From an uncultured Candidatus Poseidoniales archaeon (lineage in GTDB: Archaea > Thermoplasmatota > Poseidoniia > Poseidoniales > Poseidoniaceae), in NCBI GenBank assembly GCA_905182725.1, contig CAJJCQ010000013.1, positions 1,849 to 65,848 on the forward strand: 64,000 nt of DNA, given 5' to 3'. Both the position numbers and the translations under genes were made by a program. Of the stretch, positions 50,625 to 59,260 are shown one piece after another. Position 1 is the stretch's first letter, and every line of letters starts with the position of its first letter. The notes beneath the pieces were generated by a model, which was not told the origin of the DNA, did no database searches, and saw only the letters and a list, made by a program, of their open reading frames with translations.

Positions 50625-52289
50625 TTATTGGGGGGGTAAAATCCAATTTCCGGTCTTACTCTTACGGAGAGCCAATGTTTTCACATCTCCAGTTTGATTT
50701 ACGGTATAGTGTGTCAAGTGCTCGTCGTTTGATTCTGCAAAGTCATCGCGGTGATGGCACCCACGTGATTCGCTTCGAGCGAGGGCTGCTTGGGTAGAAG
50801 CGAGGGTGAGGCGGGCTGATGCCTGTGCGCGTGCTATTTCCACGATGTTTGTGTTTGCAATCAAAGAGGATTGGTCGGCGTGAATAGATTCTGCAAGAAT
50901 TCCTGCGGATTCTAATGATTCAATTGCTGATTCAAGACCTGCTGCAGTACGATTGAAACCGAGCGCACTTTGGACTGTGTCTCGGATTTTCGAAACAACA
51001 TGGCCCACACGTACAACGCCCTCTTCATCATGCTCTGAAACAGCAGCATGGTCTGCTTGGGCGGATTGTTCTGCATCGTGAGCGAGGTGGGCGTTGGAAA
51101 ACTTACGCTTTTGAACCCAGGCGCCTGCGTGAATTCCAGCGGCTGCGCCACCAAGTAGAGCATCGAGCATTTGGTTACCTGGCAAAAGGTCTGCGCCATG
51201 GAATCCTGAGCATGATGCATCACCGGCAGCATACAACCCGGTGAACCAGCGAGACCAAGAAGAAAGAATTGCACGCCCAAATTCATCGACAGATATTCCA
51301 CCGATTGTCGAATATGGGCGGACCTCTACGGCGATAGTTTGTCGATTCAAATCGACACCAGTTCGTTGTTTGACACTGCGGAACACTGCCTCCCACCACT
51401 TGGAAGAGTCGCCCAAGTCTCGGGCGTCGAGGACCGGTTGGAAGGCCTTTGAAACAGATTGGCACATTGCGTCTAATCCGCCTTCGCCGATTTCTAAATC
51501 ATTCCCATTTGCTTCATGTAATGTTGCGCCATCATGGAGAAGGCCAAGTGGCAAAATCATGTTGGTATCTTTAATTCCAAGAGGTGTGTGAGCGATAAAT
51601 TCTAAATCGCGCAATGAAACTCCAGCACGGAGTGCAAGATCAAGACCGAGGCCAACTGCTCCATGGCTGAAGGCGCCTTCGAATCCTCCATCTGCAAGGA
51701 TGACTGCTTTGGCTTGCAATGCAACGATACGGCCATTGACCAAATCAACCACCGTCATTCCACTAACGGATTGATTGGTGTGAATCAAAGAAAGTGGTAG
51801 ATGGTCTCCACGGCGTATTACGCCATGTCGCATGCACTGTTCTTCAAGGATTTGTTGGATTTCTCGACCGGTTGCATCGCCCGCATCTGTATTACGAGTC
51901 ATGCCATGGCCTGGTGCTTTTCGAGTCAGTGGAATTCCGTGTGCATCGCGCCGGAAATTTACCCCCCAGCGCTCAAGCAAATCCACTTGTCGCGTTGCAT
52001 CTGCTGTTCGAGATGCGACAATATCTTGGTCGTTCAAGTACACACCTGCACGAATCGTATCTTCACGATGGCCACGATTATTCGATTCTTGAAGTGGTGC
52101 TGCAAGCCCGTCTTGAGCGAGATGAGTGGCACTACCAAGTGCGTTCACTGAAAGAACGAGAGTTGTAGCTCCTTGCTTTGCAGCCTCTGCTGCTGAACGG
52201 AGGGCCGCGGGCCCGTCGCCTAGTACGATGACATCCCATGCTTCCAAGGTCCCACATCCGGTAATTTCACCCAAGTGCACCCCATCCAT
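50625..52289 (-). CDS. SdhA/FrdA/NadB-like flavoprotein, divergent
   Basis: DVIVLGDGPAA, D.TG..I, AKAVILADGG, GLYAAG, ARSESRG.H.R.DF; start moved to ATG 52289. Confidence 0.8.
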   Translation of the reverse strand: MDGVHLGEITGCGTLEAWDVIVLGDGPAALRSAAEAAKQGATTLVLSVNALGSATHLAQDGLAAPLQESNNRGHREDTIRAGVYLNDQDIVASRTADATRQVDLLERWGVNFRRDAHGIPLTRKAPGHGMTRNTDAGDATGREIQQILEEQCMRHGVIRRGDHLPLSLIHTNQSVSGMTVVDLVNGRIVALQAKAVILADGGFEGAFSHGAVGLGLDLALRAGVSLRDLEFIAHTPLGIKDTNMILPLGLLHDGATLHEANGNDLEIGEGGLDAMCQSVSKAFQPVLDARDLGDSSKWWEAVFRSVKQRTGVDLNRQTIAVEVRPYSTIGGISVDEFGRAILSSWSRWFTGLYAAGDASCSGFHGADLLPGNQMLDALLGGAAAGIHAGAWVQKRKFSNAHLAHDAEQSAQADHAAVSEHDEEGVVRVGHVVSKIRDTVQSALGFNRTAAGLESAIESLESAGILAESIHADQSSLIANTNIVEIARAQASARLTLASTQAALARSESRGCHHRDDFAESNDEHLTHYTVNQTGDVKTLALRKSKTGNWILPPQ

Positions 52290-52347
52290 AAGCAACGCGC
52301 TTAAGCGGCCTCCAGAAATAGAAGCGGTTGAAGGGGTGGAAATGATA

Positions 52348-53904
52348 TCAGTTGGTAACTTCCTCGCCAAAAAGAAGCTTTGGCAAAGGCAACTCGCCAT
52401 GCCGTCGGGCGGCCTCTAATTTCCGGATTCTGGTTTGGGTTTGACTCCCTGCGCTTCGTTGAACCATTGTTCGAATAACTTGAGACTCTAATACAATCCC
52501 ATCATCATCTCGAAGAATGACTTGGACATCGGCAGGACCATTGAAACTTCTTGGCCATGCCACGCCGATCCAAAGAACAACACCGCGCTCAAGATACCGA
52601 GGCATCCAATCCAGAGCATCGTCATCCGTTGGATGTGACAGCAGCACTGAACTTTGAGGAGGTGGGCATGCACTCAATTCGAAACGATGGTCACGCGTTT
52701 CAGGTTCACCGTTAGGCGTCAAAACTTCAACTCGGACATGCCGAGATTCGAATGTTTGATTGTTGAGGACAATGAACAGGTTGCCTGAACCTTCGTAGCA
52801 GTTTTCATCCAAAGCCACATCCATCCGCCATTCTGCCCGAAGCATAGGCGGAGTGCCTGCAAGGAGGTCATTCTGTAATCGATCAAGCAACAAAAAGGCT
52901 TCCGGTTGCCACCCCCTTGAATGTGCAAGAAGGCGTTGAATTGTTCTCCAATTAAATCGCGCTTCATTGTCGAGAAGAAGAGATTTAAATCGTTTTTCGA
53001 TGATGAAGGATTTTAATTCATCATAGGCCTTTTCCGTACTTAACTCCTGCTCCAAATGCAGATGTAGAATATAGAGGAGACGTTCGAGTGCCTGTTTCGT
53101 GATGTGGCCTGGAATCAAAGCTTTGCGAAATTCTATTTGCCAGGTCTCCCATTCTAGAAAAAGATCAGGATCTAGATGAGCAACCAGTAAATCTCCTAAA
53201 ACGCTCCCTAATTGTGTTGGGTGGTGAGTTGGGGCATGAAAAACAATAGAGGGAAATGGGTCGCCAAGTTGACGGATAAAACCGTACGAGAAAATACCGT
53301 GGAAAGATTGAGCAATCCCAAGTGTCATCGCCACGAGAAGAGCGAGATTCCATGCGAGTGAATTCGGAGTAACTGCTGAAGCAAGTATGAGTAACGTCAC
53401 TGTTGAGGCTGAAAGCAATCCCAATACTGCATTATTTCGGCGTTGGTCGCTCAGACTTTCGATGATTCTATCCATCCCCGGTTGGGCTCGCAATACGTGT
53501 GTTTTACCTCCAGAAACGCCACCTTGCTCCCGTAGTGAAATACGGGCTTGCATAGCCTGCCATGCTGATTCTCCAGCGATCACAGTCGGGCCAGCAGAAA
53601 TCAGAGCAAATGGAATCAATATGAAAATAAGTCCGTTAGCCGATTCGATTAAAGGGGAATAAAGGACACTCACAAAGGCGAACATGGCGAGAAAAAAACC
53701 ATTCAATGTTCGCCAAATCATGAGGAGCGGGTTTCGGGCAATACGCCCCGCAAGAAGACGTCGTCGCTCGAGTATAGCCCATTGTTCCCGGGTGTTTTCA
53801 ATAGGATCTTCTGAATATTCAAATCCTTCACCGTAGGGGTCGGGCAGAGGAATATACGCTTCAGAACTGGTCGCTCCCTCCCTGCCTGATGTCATGATGC
53901 TCAT
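52348..53904 (-). CDS. Hypothetical membrane protein (4 TM plus soluble domain)
   Basis: 518-aa ORF. Confidence 0.72.
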   Translation of the reverse strand: MSIMTSGREGATSSEAYIPLPDPYGEGFEYSEDPIENTREQWAILERRRLLAGRIARNPLLMIWRTLNGFFLAMFAFVSVLYSPLIESANGLIFILIPFALISAGPTVIAGESAWQAMQARISLREQGGVSGGKTHVLRAQPGMDRIIESLSDQRRNNAVLGLLSASTVTLLILASAVTPNSLAWNLALLVAMTLGIAQSFHGIFSYGFIRQLGDPFPSIVFHAPTHHPTQLGSVLGDLLVAHLDPDLFLEWETWQIEFRKALIPGHITKQALERLLYILHLHLEQELSTEKAYDELKSFIIEKRFKSLLLDNEARFNWRTIQRLLAHSRGWQPEAFLLLDRLQNDLLAGTPPMLRAEWRMDVALDENCYEGSGNLFIVLNNQTFESRHVRVEVLTPNGEPETRDHRFELSACPPPQSSVLLSHPTDDDALDWMPRYLERGVVLWIGVAWPRSFNGPADVQVILRDDDGIVLESQVIRTMVQRSAGSQTQTRIRKLEAARRHGELPLPKLLFGEEVTN

Positions 53905-53971
53905 GTCAAGACGGGGGCTCTTTCAATTTGGCTCTTGCCTTCAAACATAACAAGGTACGAGTGAAAATGTA

Positions 53972-54045
53972 CGGGCGTGCCAGGATTTGAACCCGGGATC
54001 TTCGGCTTAGGAGGCCAACGCATTATCCAGCTGTGCTACACGCCC
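53972..54045 (-). tRNA. tRNA-Arg (CCT)
   Basis: Reverse complement gives acceptor GGGCGTG/CACGCCC, anticodon arm TTGGC-CTCCTAA-GCCGA, T-loop GTTCAAAT; no encoded CCA. Confidence 0.95.
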
Positions 54046-54067
54046 AACCGGCCCAGTGGACCGGGTG

Positions 54068-55213
54068 TCAAGACGCTTTCGCAACGTTCATCCTTTGCCC
54101 TATTTCAGCAACTTGAAACAAAAACTGTTCCAATTCAATTCTTCCTTGCATCGAACGGTGGAGAGCGACATCACAAACAGAAAGTGCGAGTAGAATTTCT
54201 GCGAGAACATCTTCGCCAAGGTGGAAGCGGCCTTCGGTCAGCACATGATGGAAATTGACCACGATGTCTTCTGCTTCAAGGCTATTTTCAGCCATGACTT
54301 GATCGAGTAGCCCCATTGCTCCTTTGAGGACGCGTTTGTTTTTGTTGCCTTCTTTCTCCCACCGCCAATCGTGAACACGGTTGCGCAATGCTTCCTCGAG
54401 AACATGTTGTACTTCACGTAAGGAAGTTGAGGCCAATAGATTTTGCAAATTTTTCCGGTCTCCAAGTAACTCCCGTAAAGCAAGCAATTCAGTAATGAAA
54501 ATCGCCTTACGAATATTTCCAGACGAAACATGTGAGATGTCGCCAATGATGCCCCGGACGGGTGAAAGGTTCTCTTGTTCTACGATTTCGAGAAGCCGGC
54601 GTTCGATTTCTGAACGTGGAATTTTTGGAAGGCGGATATGTTGTGTCCGGCTTCGTAAAGCCTCAATGATTCGCGAAGGTGTATGGGCTGTGAAGATAAA
54701 ACGTGCACTGCCACTGCTCACCTCCATCATCCTACGCAAATAGGATTGGCGGATTGTGCCGAGGTAATCAGCATCTTCGATAACAATTAAACGTGACACT
54801 GGAGCCCTTTCCCCTGTAGTGTGAGTGCATTCTTTACCAGCTGGAGGGGGGGTGTTAGCAGCCGTTGTAGAAAAATTATGATCAAACGCATCGAGGCTTG
54901 TTCGGCCGGCAAGTGTGTCATCCGAACCGCTCCCTTCTGGGCGAAGGAATTCTTCGAATTTTGCCATGGCCCCTGATGTACGTGCAAGGTCACGGGCTTG
55001 GAGGATGTGCGTTCGTGCTTCCCACGTTGGACCGAGAACTTGTCGAGCCAGAAGACGCCACGCTGCAGTTTTTCCAACTCCCGCTGGACCTGAAAGAAGA
55101 AGATGCGGCGGATTTGCCTGAAGTGAAGTATGTTGGAGGCTCGCCTGGACCGGCTCTGGAAGCAATAAATCCTCAAACAAAAGAGGTGCTTTCTCTGCGA
55201 GCCAAGATGACAT
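54068..55213 (-). CDS. Replication factor C small-subunit-like clamp-loader ATPase (divergent)
   Basis: PHLLLSGPAGVGKT, IVIEDAD, Q..LRR.ME, RFIF, IIEALRSR, GNIRKAI. Confidence 0.85.
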   Translation of the reverse strand: MSSWLAEKAPLLFEDLLLPEPVQASLQHTSLQANPPHLLLSGPAGVGKTAAWRLLARQVLGPTWEARTHILQARDLARTSGAMAKFEEFLRPEGSGSDDTLAGRTSLDAFDHNFSTTAANTPPPAGKECTHTTGERAPVSRLIVIEDADYLGTIRQSYLRRMMEVSSGSARFIFTAHTPSRIIEALRSRTQHIRLPKIPRSEIERRLLEIVEQENLSPVRGIIGDISHVSSGNIRKAIFITELLALRELLGDRKNLQNLLASTSLREVQHVLEEALRNRVHDWRWEKEGNKNKRVLKGAMGLLDQVMAENSLEAEDIVVNFHHVLTEGRFHLGEDVLAEILLALSVCDVALHRSMQGRIELEQFLFQVAEIGQRMNVAKAS

Positions 55214-55313
55214 GGAATCACTCTTATTGCCAGAGGTCTTTCAACCCTGCGCGGAGGTCGTGTGATGTGAAATCACTCGGCTTTGATCGTTTTGTTGCCT
55301 TGGCGGCGTAACT

Positions 55314-55511
55314 TCATGAATATACGGGAACCACACGCTTTGCAACTGATTCCGTTGCGTTCACGGTGGAACGATTCAAGGTTTCCGCAGACAGCGCATT
55401 TGTAATCAACGAGTTCAACCATAGTATTCGACTCCATTCAACGCGACCCACCACCCTTTCTTGAAGGTGTCCCTTGGAACAAGTGTCGGTCAGGTGTTGA
55501 AAACGGCTCAC
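55314..55511 (-). CDS. Possible small ORF coupled to the tandem ubiquitin-like gene
   Basis: GTGA start/stop overlap only; no recognisable motif. Confidence 0.3.
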   Translation of the reverse strand: MSRFQHLTDTCSKGHLQERVVGRVEWSRILWLNSLITNALSAETLNRSTVNATESVAKRVVPVYS

Positions 55512-55930
55512 TGGCCAGCGAGAAGGGCCGGCACCATGCGAATGTGTTGAGCTGTGCTCAAATCAGTACTTGCAAGGGCATCAGTAGCGACCATGCAATT
55601 GTCAACAAAGACCCAAGAACCGGATTGTTGCCTCGCTTGTTCGACAATTTCGGTCTTGGTCATCTCGACGGTGCTGTGTCCGGTGGCGTCGGCTATTTCC
55701 ACAGTGTACGTTTGCTCTTTACCTGCTTGAAGGGCAGGAACCATACGGATGTGTTGGGCTGTATCAAAGTCTGTGTTCGCAAGATCTTCCGAAGCAACCA
55801 TTCGGTTGTCAACAAAAACCCAGCTGCCTTGACTCTTGGCGGCTTGGTCGATAAGGGCGGTCTTGGTCATCTCGACAACACTGTGTCCAGTGGCATCGGC
55901 TATTTCTACGGTATACGTTTTCTCAGTCAT
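55508..55930 (-). CDS. Tandem two-repeat ubiquitin/ThiS-like (beta-grasp) protein
   Basis: Two 69-aa repeats, 49/66 identical, pattern TYTVEI..WVFVDN..IRMVPALxAG; fold inferred. Confidence 0.75.
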   Translation of the reverse strand: MTEKTYTVEIADATGHSVVEMTKTALIDQAAKSQGSWVFVDNRMVASEDLANTDFDTAQHIRMVPALQAGKEQTYTVEIADATGHSTVEMTKTEIVEQARQQSGSWVFVDNCMVATDALASTDLSTAQHIRMVPALLAGQ

Positions 55931-56023
55931 GGGGTTCACTTCAAAAATTGAATACCCCAACAGTATATCAAGAAAATGAAGAAATGGAGGTCGGGTGAAA
56001 AGGAAAAGTGCATCTGGGTAACT

Positions 56024-56254
56024 ATGGATGCATGGCTCATCACCTTCCTCTGTGGCTGCATAATAGTGCTCGGCCTAAGCCTCCTCCTCATCCCTTCACT
56101 GTATGTTACTCTCCCATCATCTGAAGTCATGGTTCGCTACGATAACCAAAACATCGAAGCGATGGGGGCTAAAGCAAATGCAAGGGCGGTGGCTGAAGCA
56201 AAATTGTCGAAGGATTTGTTAAATGAGTTTTTACAACGATTGGATGAGATCTAA
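56024..56254 (+). CDS. Small single-TM hypothetical protein
   Basis: N-terminal TM segment; start ATG 56024. Confidence 0.55.
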   Translation: MDAWLITFLCGCIIVLGLSLLLIPSLYVTLPSSEVMVRYDNQNIEAMGAKANARAVAEAKLSKDLLNEFLQRLDEI

Positions 56255-56281
56255 ACCCATGGCAGTTGCAAAAGTCAGGTA

Positions 56282-57241
56282 TTAAACTCGAGCCATCAAT
56301 CCAAGTGAGAGTGGAATTGGGGAGAGGAATCTTTGATGAATCGCCGAGTCAATATGACATCTGCGCAAATGATGTTGAAGGAGCGTCAATGGTGCTGAGC
56401 GAGGAAGAAGGCCCTGGCGGAAATCCTGAATCACCTCAAGCATTTCTTGGCGTTCGTTCTTGCTTAAGTTACTGGACAGTTTACCCAATACGCGTTCCAT
56501 TGCATGAGCAATTGGTCCGCTTTTGGTCAGTACGTTAAGTGATTTTTGCGCTTCTGTCATGTAAGCAAGGGCAACGGCTTCAGGCCGGTCACCGTTGTCG
56601 AAGCCTTTTGCAATGAGGCGCCCAAGTCTGCGCTTGCCATCAGGTGAGCGACTCAAGAGGAAGAGTTTGTTGACATTATGAAATTCCATAATTGCCTTAG
56701 CAGTCCATCCTTTGAGGCCTTCTTGATACCAAAGTGAAAAGAAATGTACGCGGGCAAGATAATGTTCTGCTTGGCGTGCATCGGTCAATCGACCTTCTTC
56801 GATTACAGGAATATGTGGGTAAAGAGTTGTGAAGACCTTAGCAAACATACCCATCCCATCGCGGGTTGCTTGCACATGCCCTTCACGGTAGACCTTCACG
56901 CGTTCAAGACCGCAACTCGGGGAGTCCTTCTTGAATACGAAACCGCAGATCCCTGATTCAACGAGTGCATCAGCTTGGAGTTGTGCGTATTCAATCATTG
57001 GAGAAGTAAAATCGTCACCGTTTTTTGGATTAACCAGGCGGATTGATTCTCCATTGTTGACCAGCCGAATCGTTGGGCGGGGGGTGCCCATTCCGATCCC
57101 AACTTCGGGGCAAACACCCATCAATTCAAAATGCCCGCTCCACTTTCGTGTCAAGGCTCTGAACTCAGCAGCATCGCCGTTGTAGCGAACTTTTTCCCCG
57201 AGTAAACATGCAGAAACTGCAAGTTTGGGTTTGTGTTCCAT
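56282..57241 (-). CDS. DUF523 (TudS-like 4Fe-4S) + DUF1722 fusion (YbgA/YbbK-like)
   Basis: VSACLLGE.VRYNG, CPEV..G.G.PR, SPSCG, EEGRL, FH..NK. Confidence 0.9.
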   Translation of the reverse strand: MEHKPKLAVSACLLGEKVRYNGDAAEFRALTRKWSGHFELMGVCPEVGIGMGTPRPTIRLVNNGESIRLVNPKNGDDFTSPMIEYAQLQADALVESGICGFVFKKDSPSCGLERVKVYREGHVQATRDGMGMFAKVFTTLYPHIPVIEEGRLTDARQAEHYLARVHFFSLWYQEGLKGWTAKAIMEFHNVNKLFLLSRSPDGKRRLGRLIAKGFDNGDRPEAVALAYMTEAQKSLNVLTKSGPIAHAMERVLGKLSSNLSKNERQEMLEVIQDFRQGLLPRSAPLTLLQHHLRRCHIDSAIHQRFLSPIPLSLGLMARV

Positions 57242-57306
57242 GGCCTCGTGTCATCGAATCAGTATATCAAGAAATGTTTATCAACACAGAAAAAGAAGAG
57301 AGTAGG

Positions 57307-57378
57307 CGCCCACTCCGAGAATTGAACTCGGGTCGCAGGAATGACAATCCTGCATGATAACCTCTACACCAAGCGGGC
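57307..57378 (-). tRNA. tRNA-Asp (GTC)
   Basis: Reverse complement gives acceptor GCCCGCT/AGTGGGC, anticodon arm CAGGA-TTGTCAT-TCCTG, T-arm CCGAG-TTCAATT-CTCGG. Confidence 0.95.
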
Positions 57379-57446
57379 CTAAGCAAGACATCCGTTACGG
57401 AACCGCTATTTAAGCCGCGCCATGTGGACGGTGTGGGGCGTAATCT

Positions 57447-58895
57447 ATGGCGGGAAAGAAAACATCTGCTGAACAAACAAAAGAAGAGCAAAAGGATAAC
57501 CAGGTTGGGAATATGCTTGATGCCGCTTTTGGAGACCTCGGAGGGTTGCAAAAAGCCCCTGAAGAGGAAGTCATCGAAATCCCTGAATCTATCGAAGAAA
57601 CGGTGATTGAAGAACCGGTGGTTGAAGAACAACTTGTGGCTGAAGTCGTTGAAGCGCCTCTCGAAGAAGAAACAGAAGTCGAAGAGGAAGTACTCGAATC
57701 TCCAACAGGTCCTCCGTCAGGCCCACCATCGGGTCCGCCATCAAAGTCCCCAGCGGGCCCTCCATCAGGCCCACCATCAGGCCCACCATCGGGTCCGCCA
57801 TCAAAATCTCCAGCGGGCCCTCCTTCAGTTCCACCGTCAGGCCCACCATCGGGTCCGCCATCGGGTCCGCCATCAGGCCCATCACCAAGCCCTCCTTCAG
57901 CTCCACCGTCAGGCCCACCGTCAGACGCTCCATCCGACTCTCCTTCGGAACCTCCCCCCGAAGAAGTCCATGAATCTCTTTCAAAACCTCAAGAAGTTGA
58001 AGAGATGGTTTCAGAAGAAATACCTGCTGAACCTGCAATGGAAGATGCTCCAATAGAGCATACACCAGTGGAAGAGGAAAACGTCATTGAAGAGACGCTC
58101 GTTGAATCGGTTGAAGAATCGAAGATCGAAGAGGCTCAACCTGAAATCAATGAGCAGCATATGCTTGCAGAACAAGAGATTGCTCGACTTAATGCTGAAG
58201 TTGAACGTTTGAGACAATCCGTGGCAGGCGCTGCTGATGTGATTGAAGAACTCGAAAACCCTCCAATGCCTCCTGCAGTCATCGAAGACATTGTCATCGG
58301 TGCATACATCGTCGGTGATTTCGCTCGACTTGCACGGCAACTCGACCGTGAACAATTGATTCGTGCTACGATGGGGACCATCGCTATGCTTCACCCAGAA
58401 AACCTCAGCATTATGATTTCCACACGCAATCGTACAATGTTGCCTCGGCTTGATGAGCGTGGTTTGTGTGCAGGTCTTCTCGGACAACAAACTCCCCCTC
58501 GAGGAGCCCCTTCGGATTGGAGAGTCATGGAAGTCATTCTTGCCTCTGTTAGCATTGTCACAGGAGGTCCTGCTGCAGTCATTCATTCGTACGGAGCTTG
58601 TACAACTGCCGTCAGCAGCGAGAAAGATTTAGTCCTCGTTCAACCAATTGATGTCACTGGAAAGGAACAAATTGGCAAGGTCATTATCGTTGACCCTGAT
58701 TATGACAACCTTGATAATTTCTTACGACAAACTGTAGAGGCGCTCAATCAAGGCGGCATGCGATGTGTTGTTGTCCGTGGAATGGGCGCTTACGCAGTCG
58801 GGGCTGACCTTGACCAAGCGTGGGCCAATGCGGCAATGCTTGAACACAGTATGCGTATTGTATTGTTAGCCCGTCAAGCAAATCTTAAGATTTGA
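57447..58895 (+). CDS. Class II aldolase/adducin-domain protein with long acidic, Pro-rich N-terminus
   Basis: C-terminal ~200 aa with G.I, PSDW, AVIHS, VVRGMGAYAVG.DL..A...A..LE pattern. Confidence 0.78.
   Translation: MAGKKTSAEQTKEEQKDNQVGNMLDAAFGDLGGLQKAPEEEVIEIPESIEETVIEEPVVEEQLVAEVVEAPLEEETEVEEEVLESPTGPPSGPPSGPPSKSPAGPPSGPPSGPPSGPPSKSPAGPPSVPPSGPPSGPPSGPPSGPSPSPPSAPPSGPPSDAPSDSPSEPPPEEVHESLSKPQEVEEMVSEEIPAEPAMEDAPIEHTPVEEENVIEETLVESVEESKIEEAQPEINEQHMLAEQEIARLNAEVERLRQSVAGAADVIEELENPPMPPAVIEDIVIGAYIVGDFARLARQLDREQLIRATMGTIAMLHPENLSIMISTRNRTMLPRLDERGLCAGLLGQQTPPRGAPSDWRVMEVILASVSIVTGGPAAVIHSYGACTTAVSSEKDLVLVQPIDVTGKEQIGKVIIVDPDYDNLDNFLRQTVEALNQGGMRCVVVRGMGAYAVGADLDQAWANAAMLEHSMRIVLLARQANLKI
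57702..57923 (+). repeat. Intragenic 12-nt tandem repeats encoding (P)PSGP
   Basis: ccatcaggccca/ccgtcaggccca/ccatcgggtccg units with a higher-order PSKSPAGP repeat. Confidence 0.9.
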
Positions 58896-59256
58896 CCTTT
58901 TCAATAAAGACTTGGACATATTCGTCTTTTACTCGTGTTTCATAGATTTTCAAATCTTTTTGTTTTGAAAGTTTTCCGAGCACTTTTCCCCAAGGAGGAA
59001 ACAATGGGAAAGGTGACCATTCTTTTACACTACCATCTTCGATATGATACGTCGACTGATGCAATGGACAGCGGATACATCCATCTTTGATTTTTCCACC
59101 CCACGCCAATGGCCATCCCATATGGCGGCATAGGCCACCAGTGGCGAAATATTCGTCGTCGAGTTGCCCCACCGTAACGGTTTTCAGTCCTAAGGTAACC
59201 ATTTTGGTTTTTCCAGGTTTGAGGCGTTTTGTTTTAATTGCGTTTTTCCAAGTCAT
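58885..59256 (-). CDS. Rieske 2Fe-2S ferredoxin
   Basis: CRH...CPLH motifs. Confidence 0.9.
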   Translation of the reverse strand: MTWKNAIKTKRLKPGKTKMVTLGLKTVTVGQLDDEYFATGGLCRHMGWPLAWGGKIKDGCIRCPLHQSTYHIEDGSVKEWSPFPLFPPWGKVLGKLSKQKDLKIYETRVKDEYVQVFIEKVKS

Positions 59257-59260
59257 ATAT

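Noticed and set aside
53977..54258. 93-aa ORF beginning MPGFEPG
   Set aside because: Antisense translation of tRNA-Arg and the end of the RFC-like gene
53972..57378. Integrated element bounded by the two tRNAs
   Set aside because: No duplicated tRNA 3' end or integrase found, and the interval contains an RFC-like gene
57702..57923. Short direct repeats as a CRISPR array
   Set aside because: 12-nt in-frame units without spacers, varying at third codon positions and encoding PSGP
2218..58895. A common eukaryotic origin for the eukaryote-like proteins (Trm4-like, kexin-like, SAP-TM, H1-like tail, tandem Ubl, adducin-like)
   Set aside because: They are scattered, each has prokaryotic relatives or could be convergent low-complexity sequence, and nothing in the sequence links them
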